Positions 58,189 through 64,000 of a DNA stretch of 64,000 nucleotides are shown here, one piece after another (within the stretch, counting starts at the first letter, position 1; each line of letters begins with the position of its first letter). The position numbers were made by a program, and so were the translations under genes. Source of the stretch: Alphaproteobacteria bacterium (GTDB lineage Bacteria > Pseudomonadota > Alphaproteobacteria > UBA2966); contig JABIFY010000107.1 of NCBI GenBank assembly GCA_018650465.1, positions 48,209 through 112,208 on the forward strand, written 5' to 3'. A model generated the notes under the pieces. It saw only the letters and a program-made list of their open reading frames with translations. It was not told where the DNA came from and made no database searches.

Positions 58189-58946
58189 GAGCGACCTGCC
58201 AATGCCAGCAAAAATGACTTTCGTTTTAGTCCGGCGATCGAAGCGGTTGGATTGAGATGCTTTGGGCATAATTCAGCACAAGACTGATGGCTATGGCAAG
58301 ACAGGCAGCCGCTTTCACCGGCCACTGCTTTCAGATGCTCCTTTGGGCTGGCTTCGCGTTCGTCGTTGACCAGGGTCCAGACCCGGTTCAGGGCCGCCGG
58401 GCCAAGATAATCGGCGCGCCAGGCAACTGTGTCGCAAGCGGCGTAACAAACGGCGCAGCCAATACATTCAATTGCCACATCCGCAGTCCGACGAGCCCGG
58501 CTGTCGGGCTTTACAGGGGCCATCGTCTGTTGATCCACATTCCGGTCTGGCACGAACTGCGCCCCGGCCTCGGCCCATTTGTCAAAGAACGGTGCCATAT
58601 CGGTGGCCAGATCCTTGATGATCGGCAGGTTTCGCAAAGGAGCGATAGTCAGTTCATTGCCATCAACAACCGTTCCAATGCGGGTCCGACAGGTCCAGCG
58701 AGGTTTGCCCTGAACTGTCATGGCGCACGTACCGCACATACCCACCCGGCAGGCATAGCGATAGGACAAATCTGGATCGCGATGACGTTGTATCCAGGTC
58801 ACAACGTCCAGCACGGTCTGGCTGTTACGGACGGGTACTTCCCAAGTTTGCCACGCGCCATCAGGCTGCAAATCATCATCGGAAGCACTGGCTTCGCTCC
58901 GCCAGATATGGACGGTTAGTTCGCGTTGATCTGAATTATTGTCCAC
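58185..58946 (-). CDS. SdhB/FrdB-like iron-sulfur subunit
   Basis: CRVGMCGTC..C (2Fe-2S), CIGCAVCYAAC (4Fe-4S), CHSHQSCAELCP (3Fe-4S). GTG 58946 follows a G-rich RBS. Confidence 0.92.
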   Translation of the reverse strand: MDNNSDQRELTVHIWRSEASASDDDLQPDGAWQTWEVPVRNSQTVLDVVTWIQRHRDPDLSYRYACRVGMCGTCAMTVQGKPRWTCRTRIGTVVDGNELTIAPLRNLPIIKDLATDMAPFFDKWAEAGAQFVPDRNVDQQTMAPVKPDSRARRTADVAIECIGCAVCYAACDTVAWRADYLGPAALNRVWTLVNDEREASPKEHLKAVAGESGCLSCHSHQSCAELCPKHLNPTASIAGLKRKSFLLALAGRS

Positions 58947-59013
58947 CCTGCCCCCTTCCGCTTTCGGCAATCAGAATAGGGACAACGATCCTCCTTTGGA
59001 ACACCTGGCCCTC

Positions 59014-59040
59014 GCTTTGTCAGCAACTGCCTGATAAAGC
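59014..59040. promoter_or_regulatory. Inverted repeat, candidate operator
   Basis: GCTTTGTCAG-N7-CTGATAAAGC (9/10 dyad match) in the divergent spacer upstream of the sdh-like operon. Confidence 0.45.
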
Positions 59041-59074
59041 ATACTGCATCATATCCATGTGAAAGCTGCCTCCC

Positions 59075-59881
59075 TTGGACCTTTTCGATTTCTTCTCAGG
59101 CTTTGCCATCAAGCCCCTGTTTACCGGGGCGATCCTGCTTGCAGCCTCTTTGGCGGCGGAACGTTCGGGGGTTTTGATCGCGGCCATTATTGTTACCCTG
59201 CCATTGAATGCAGGGCCTGGATTCTTGTTCGTGGCCCTTGATACCTCACCGGAATTTCTGTCAAAGGGTGGTCTGGCGAGCTTTTCAGCAACATTGGCCG
59301 TGCATACCTTCACAACAGCTTACGCATGGACCTCCGGTCGCCTGAAGAGTTTTTGGCCGATCTGGTTAGTTGCCTTGCTGGCCTGGTTACTGATCAGCGT
59401 GCCACTTGTGCAACTACACCTCAGCCTGGCCACAGCTGCCATTCTGGTCGCCTGCAGTTTTGGCCTTAGCCACTTGTTACGGGATCGTCGGTTCGACCAA
59501 GGCAGTGCGCCAACACGTGCCGTCCGCCAGGTCACGATCAAATTTCTGATCGTGCGCGCCCTGGTCGGCGGGGCTGTTGTGGCGCTAACCGCATCCGCAG
59601 CAAAATTTCTGGGACCAGAACTGACAGGTCTGGGGTTTGCTTTTCCGGTTACCCTGACGGCTTCGGCCTGGATGCTCTATTCAGCCTATGGCCCAAACTT
59701 CTCAGCCGCGACCATATCGAACACGCGAAAAGGTTTGGTTTCCTATGTGGCCTTCTGCTTTTCCCTGGCTGTGTTGCCACCGCATATTGGAAACCTGCCC
59801 GCCTGGTTTGCGGCGGTCGGGATATCGGTGATCATTACTTTGATGCTGGTGTTTGTGCCGCGCGTCATAAGGAAGGCCTGA
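59075..59881 (+). CDS. Uncharacterised multi-pass membrane protein
   Basis: Highly hydrophobic; two similar halves (ER.G....AI..TLP..AGP and KFLGP..TG....FPV). Confidence 0.75.
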   Translation: MDLFDFFSGFAIKPLFTGAILLAASLAAERSGVLIAAIIVTLPLNAGPGFLFVALDTSPEFLSKGGLASFSATLAVHTFTTAYAWTSGRLKSFWPIWLVALLAWLLISVPLVQLHLSLATAAILVACSFGLSHLLRDRRFDQGSAPTRAVRQVTIKFLIVRALVGGAVVALTASAAKFLGPELTGLGFAFPVTLTASAWMLYSAYGPNFSAATISNTRKGLVSYVAFCFSLAVLPPHIGNLPAWFAAVGISVIITLMLVFVPRVIRKA

Positions 59882-59886
59882 CGGCC

Positions 59887-61821
59887 CTATTTTTTGTCCA
59901 TGGCAAACACGCCGTCCCATTTTTTCGGCGCGCTCATGCCGTACATCATACAGCGTTTGAGAAAGATATCGCTGACAGGGTCTTTCCAGGGCGCTTTGGC
60001 CAGTTCCTCAAATCCCGTTTCCGCTTCCATAAAGCGCCCTGCCCTGTAATCAACCAAGGCTTCAGCGAATTTATCGGCCAGGTCTTTTTGTTTGGTGGTT
60101 TGATCATCCGCCAAGGCCTGCACTTCAAAAATGCGGATCGGATCGTCACTGCCTAAAACCTTGATGATGTCCAGCTCGCGCACGGCAATGCTTTTGCCCA
60201 CCAGATCGCGCGTTCCGGCATCGATAATTATCGAGGTGCTATAATATTTGTTCACCCCTTCCAGTCGGGAGGCCAGATTGACCGTCTCCCCAATGCAAGT
60301 GTAATCACGGGTTTGCTCGGACCCGATGTTGCCAACAATAACTTCGCCCGTTGCCAGACCGATGCGGGCGCGAATGGGCGGCAAGCCCTGTTCTATCCAG
60401 ACGTCGCGAAGTTGCGCCAGGCGTTGGTCCATTTTCAGGGCCGCTCGACAAGCCGCCAGGGCATGATTGCCGGGCGTAAACGGCGGTCCAAAAAAGGCCA
60501 TAATGCCATCACCCAGATATTTATCCAGGATACCATCTGCCTTGGTAATCTCAGCTGTCATCTCGCCAAGATATTCGTTCAGCAGCGCAACGGTTTGTTC
60601 CGCATCCAGCTGGCCACTGATACCGACAAATCCAGCCACATCACTGAACAACAAGGTTTGCAGTTGGTGGCGCCCCTCCAGTGCCAGATCATCAGGATTG
60701 TCGATCAGGCCACTGACAATGGATGGATGCACATACTTTCCAAACAGGTTTCGAATTTGTTCTTTTTCCTGCAGGCCTTCGACCATGTTCTGGAACGCAT
60801 GAGACAGCTCGCCAACTTCATCGGACGAGGGATTTTCAACCCGATAGGAATAATCCCCGTCGATCACATGATGGGTGGCATTCACCAGGCGCTTGATCGG
60901 TTGCACAATGCGTCCGGCGACAGCCAGGGTGATAAGCAAACCGATAGCCAGAATACCCAAGCCAATCATCAGAATATCGCGACTGAGTTTGGCAATGGGC
61001 TTCAAAGCGCGGTCGAGATTGCCTGCAACAACATAACCGGCATCTGTACCCGCACCTTCAAATTCAGTTTTCAACGCAATATGACGTTCGGTTTGCAGGA
61101 CCACGCTGTTGGATTGGCCAGATACTGATTCAATAATAAGTTGCTGCCGATTTTGTGCAGAAGCATCTGACGCAACCGCCTTGTCACCGGCATAAAAGGC
61201 CACAGTCAATTCATCGACTTCATTTCCCAGCAGGTCCCGAACCCAGCTGTCATTAATGGTTTGCGCAGCCAACACCACGCCGAGGGCGTAATCATCCTTG
61301 ACGGATTCCTGCAAAGGCACAAACACGGCATTGACCAACTTACCTTGCAAGGTCACAACACGCGTAACACCCTTGCCGGTATCGAGGACTTCAGAAAAAA
61401 TTTCTTCAATGTGCGGGGCAGTAACGGCACTGGCTGATTGTTCTGTATGGGCAGTCATATCTGCCCGGCTGTCCCCCGGCCTGGAAACACCGCTAATCTC
61501 CAGTTCTTCATCGACCACAACAACCAGATCGGACCCGGTATCGCGGGCGATCTCTTCTGCAAAACTGAAAAAATTGTCTTTCATCTGGCCCAAAAAGGCC
61601 CGGTACTTTTGATCTGATGTAATTGTCCGCACCATGGTAAAGGCATGGCGGCGCTGATCATCCAGACGGTTCTGAAAGCGGGCCTGGGCAAACCCCAACT
61701 GGCGGGTAATGCGTTCGACTTCGAACGCCTCGGTTTGGGAGGTGGTGACGTAGAGAACCAGGCCCAACAACCCAAACACAATCAGAGAGAATGCGGTAAA
61801 TATTTTTGCTTTAAGGCCCAT
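59887..61821 (-). CDS. Class III adenylate cyclase (TM-periplasmic sensor-TM-HAMP-cyclase-TPR-like tail)
   Basis: HAMP DEVGELSHAF; FSDVAGF, DKYLGDGIM (ATP-specifying Lys), DYTCIGETVNLASRLEG, WDG tail. Confidence 0.92.
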   Translation of the reverse strand: MGLKAKIFTAFSLIVFGLLGLVLYVTTSQTEAFEVERITRQLGFAQARFQNRLDDQRRHAFTMVRTITSDQKYRAFLGQMKDNFFSFAEEIARDTGSDLVVVVDEELEISGVSRPGDSRADMTAHTEQSASAVTAPHIEEIFSEVLDTGKGVTRVVTLQGKLVNAVFVPLQESVKDDYALGVVLAAQTINDSWVRDLLGNEVDELTVAFYAGDKAVASDASAQNRQQLIIESVSGQSNSVVLQTERHIALKTEFEGAGTDAGYVVAGNLDRALKPIAKLSRDILMIGLGILAIGLLITLAVAGRIVQPIKRLVNATHHVIDGDYSYRVENPSSDEVGELSHAFQNMVEGLQEKEQIRNLFGKYVHPSIVSGLIDNPDDLALEGRHQLQTLLFSDVAGFVGISGQLDAEQTVALLNEYLGEMTAEITKADGILDKYLGDGIMAFFGPPFTPGNHALAACRAALKMDQRLAQLRDVWIEQGLPPIRARIGLATGEVIVGNIGSEQTRDYTCIGETVNLASRLEGVNKYYSTSIIIDAGTRDLVGKSIAVRELDIIKVLGSDDPIRIFEVQALADDQTTKQKDLADKFAEALVDYRAGRFMEAETGFEELAKAPWKDPVSDIFLKRCMMYGMSAPKKWDGVFAMDKK

Positions 61822-61860
61822 AAAACGACGTCAGAAAATTTGGTTAATCGATGATGCGAT

Positions 61861-61908
61861 CATCTGGCTATTTGATAATTCTATCATCTGGTTATTTGAT
61901 AATTCTAT
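61861..61908. repeat. 2 x 24-bp duplication of a gene 3' end
   Basis: CATCTGGCTATTTGATAATTCTAT / CATCTGGTTATTTGATAATTCTAT; the single mismatch changes stop TAA to TAG. Confidence 0.92.
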
Positions 61909-62659
61909 CAACGGACAAAACTTCATTGATTTCGATATTCTGTCCGGCCTTCAAGGCCACAGCATGATCCAGACTGCCCAGGCGCCAATACCAGAATGTC
62001 AGTCCATAATTCCCGGCCTCAAGGCCTTCGAACTCATATCGTTCACCACTGGAAACTCTCTGGCCCTTCCAGCCCTTGCCCGAGGCTATCGTAACAAGCT
62101 CTTCTTCATCTTCATCCAGCCCCAGCTCCAGGTCACCGGTGAGCTCGATAACCAGATCATTGACCGATCCAGGCTCTATTGTTGGAAAATCCTGAATGTC
62201 GTCTTCCCCGGCGCCAGCCAGATAGGGCGTATAGGGATTGCCTGTCTTGTTGTGAAGTCGAATGATGTCCCCTTTGGCCAGGGCGAGAACACCAACGCTC
62301 AGTCCATAGGGTGAAAGCTCAACCTCGTGCACGGCCCCGCCTTGCCAGGTCGGGTGCGCCAACACAACAAATATGTCCGCGAGTTCTTCGTAGTTGATCG
62401 CGGCTCCATCACTGGACCCAGCGTCCCCTTCAGAGTTATTCCCGCTGCCGCTACCACTGCCGCCGTAACCGCTCGCCGCTGCATAATCTATTTTCTTTGG
62501 GGCACTCGATTTGCTTGCCGCATTCCACTTCGCCAGCACTTCGGCATGCGCTCTGGTTTCGACAGTGCCATATATGCGGGCGTTGTTTTCAGCCGCAGCA
62601 GAAAAACTGACACTGATCATCAAAGACAGAACAATAGGAAAACTTTGTGAAATACGCAC
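61892..62659 (-). CDS. Exported acidic protein, degenerate cupredoxin plus beta-sandwich
   Basis: Signal peptide; G.V, GD..R..N and G.Y....L..G.Y.L..W patterns parallel the upstream protein; contains no Cys. Confidence 0.65.
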   Translation of the reverse strand: MRISQSFPIVLSLMISVSFSAAAENNARIYGTVETRAHAEVLAKWNAASKSSAPKKIDYAAASGYGGSGSGSGNNSEGDAGSSDGAAINYEELADIFVVLAHPTWQGGAVHEVELSPYGLSVGVLALAKGDIIRLHNKTGNPYTPYLAGAGEDDIQDFPTIEPGSVNDLVIELTGDLELGLDEDEEELVTIASGKGWKGQRVSSGERYEFEGLEAGNYGLTFWYWRLGSLDHAVALKAGQNIEINEVLSVDRIIK

Positions 62660-62663
62660 AGCG

Positions 62664-63305
62664 CTATTTCCTGCTCTTTTTTTTCAGCTTGACCACAACA
62701 TCTTCTGTGTCCCCGGCAATGGTCACCCGAACCGGTGAAGCCTTGTAGCGCCGATGAGAGATCGAAACATTGACGACCCAGTCGCCATCGGGCACATCCA
62801 GTATTTCAAAATCTCCAGGTTTTTTCAGAATGGCAAAATGAGGACTGGGCACAACAAAGACGGTGCCTTCCATATTCTTGTGCACGGAGCAGAAATATTT
62901 GACGATCCCCGGCTTGGTAAAAAAGACCTGATCTCCAGCCCCCCGGGCTGCCAGACCGATATCGAATTTGTTGCCCTTGCTCAGGGAATAAACATTATGG
63001 TCGATGTCTTGTTCTTCATCATTGACGAATTCCACGGCACCGCCTTGCACAACAACAATTCGGGAAGGTGAAAACTTTCGATCCCGTTGATGGATTTGCA
63101 CAGGTTTCGGTTTGGCTGCCGCGGTGCCATCATCCGGTCGGGTCAGATAGACCACAAGATTGCGTGGCGGGCGTTTGCTTTTAACTGTGATTTCACCGCT
63201 CAAGGTTGCCGCCTGGCTCTTCGATGCCGGCAAGATAACGCCACTGCTTGTCACGACGAAACAAAAAACAATGCCGAACAGCCTCCACAAAGACCGACCG
63301 TCCAT
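62664..63305 (-). CDS. Exported cupredoxin-domain protein with carboxypeptidase-regulatory-like flanks
   Basis: Signal peptide; Q....F.P, V.F.N, HNVYS, F.KPG....FCSVHKNM (His, Cys, His, Met). Confidence 0.82.
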   Translation of the reverse strand: MDGRSLWRLFGIVFCFVVTSSGVILPASKSQAATLSGEITVKSKRPPRNLVVYLTRPDDGTAAAKPKPVQIHQRDRKFSPSRIVVVQGGAVEFVNDEEQDIDHNVYSLSKGNKFDIGLAARGAGDQVFFTKPGIVKYFCSVHKNMEGTVFVVPSPHFAILKKPGDFEILDVPDGDWVVNVSISHRRYKASPVRVTIAGDTEDVVVKLKKKSRK

Positions 63306-63699
63306 GTTCCCATCCCCCAATATGCCACCAAGGCCGCTGATTTGCCGAGTATGATCCTGATTAACCGGCGGGGGAAGTAGTTTTTAGGTATTTGATGACA
63401 TTGAATAGTATTTGCTTTCCGACACCTGGTACGCACAACGACACAGGAGAGTGCGGAACCAACACATCCATTTTCCTGCAGAGACTGATCGAGAATACCT
63501 GCCTCAACCAATGACCTAAGGGCACTTTTTCCAGATGCGATCAGAGGCAGTTTATTTAAGCGTTCGCGAATTTAGGGGAAACACTACGATGCATCGACCG
63601 ATATATCTCTTTCGCATTGACCCACTAAACGAACGCAATTTCTCAATATTCAATACAGTAGGTTTTGACCCGTAACAGACGAACACCATTCCTGCCAAT

Positions 63700-64000
63700 T
63701 CAATGTTCTATCAGGCTGTCGATCGTTTGGATCAAATTAGGTATGATGAGAGGCTTGGTCAGGTATGCATCGAACCCCGCAGCCAATCCACTTCGAATAT
63801 CGTGCTCCATTGCTGCGGCACTGACCGCGACGACTGGGATGTGCCGCGTCTCTTCGTTATTTTTAAGCAACTCCAACGCAGTAAACCCGTCCATTCCAGG
63901 CAGGTTGATATCCAACAGGACAAGGTTGGGAACATGTTGCTGCGCGAGTTCCAGCCCAATCTCAGCACTGGGCGCTGATATCATAGTAAGACCATCCATC
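63700..64000 (-). CDS. C-terminal receiver domain, probably of a hybrid sensor kinase; truncated
   Basis: LVLLDINLPGMDG, VAVSA.A, GFDAYLTKP; open to the window edge. Confidence 0.85.
   Translation of the reverse strand, partial: MDGLTMISAPSAEIGLELAQQHVPNLVLLDINLPGMDGFTALELLKNNEETRHIPVVAVSAAAMEHDIRSGLAAGFDAYLTKPLIIPNLIQTIDSLIEH

Noticed and set aside
63321-63699. Possible mobile-element scar or small gene
   Set aside because: No terminal repeats, credible RBS-ORF or recognisable motif found.

Overview
Core-chromosome segment of an alphaproteobacterium. The gene order is Rhodospirillales-like: yhdP-glnE-bcp-M23-bactofilin, prfB-mrcA-amiC-rne, aroQ-accB-accC-aat, DUF2155-mlaD-NDUFA12-nrdJ, aspS-rnd and ppk1-ppx-sixA. 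I found no rRNA, tRNA, CRISPR array, transposase or prophage gene. The accessory right third holds three compact operons of unclear function: (i) GtrA flippase, UDP-galactopyranose-mutase-like flavoenzyme, STT3/AglB-like GT-C protein and Aur1/IPC-synthase-like PAP2 protein, with no GT2; (ii) a divergent succinate-dehydrogenase-like complex plus a two-subunit Fe-S hydratase, both with altered substrate-binding motifs; (iii) a basic amicyanin-loop cupredoxin, an acidic Cys-free paralog and a HAMP adenylate cyclase. Other signals: a histone-H1-like gene whose +1 frame runs open into bcp across many poly-A tracts; two Lys-less receivers with a Cle-type YIGPDRR motif; an unlisted 56-aa ORF behind a sigma54 promoter; three NrdR boxes and a candidate sRNA flanking nrdJ; two GTCA-type REP doublets; and several short tandem repeats in intergenic spacers. 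All calls are by eye from motifs and synteny; no database search was run.
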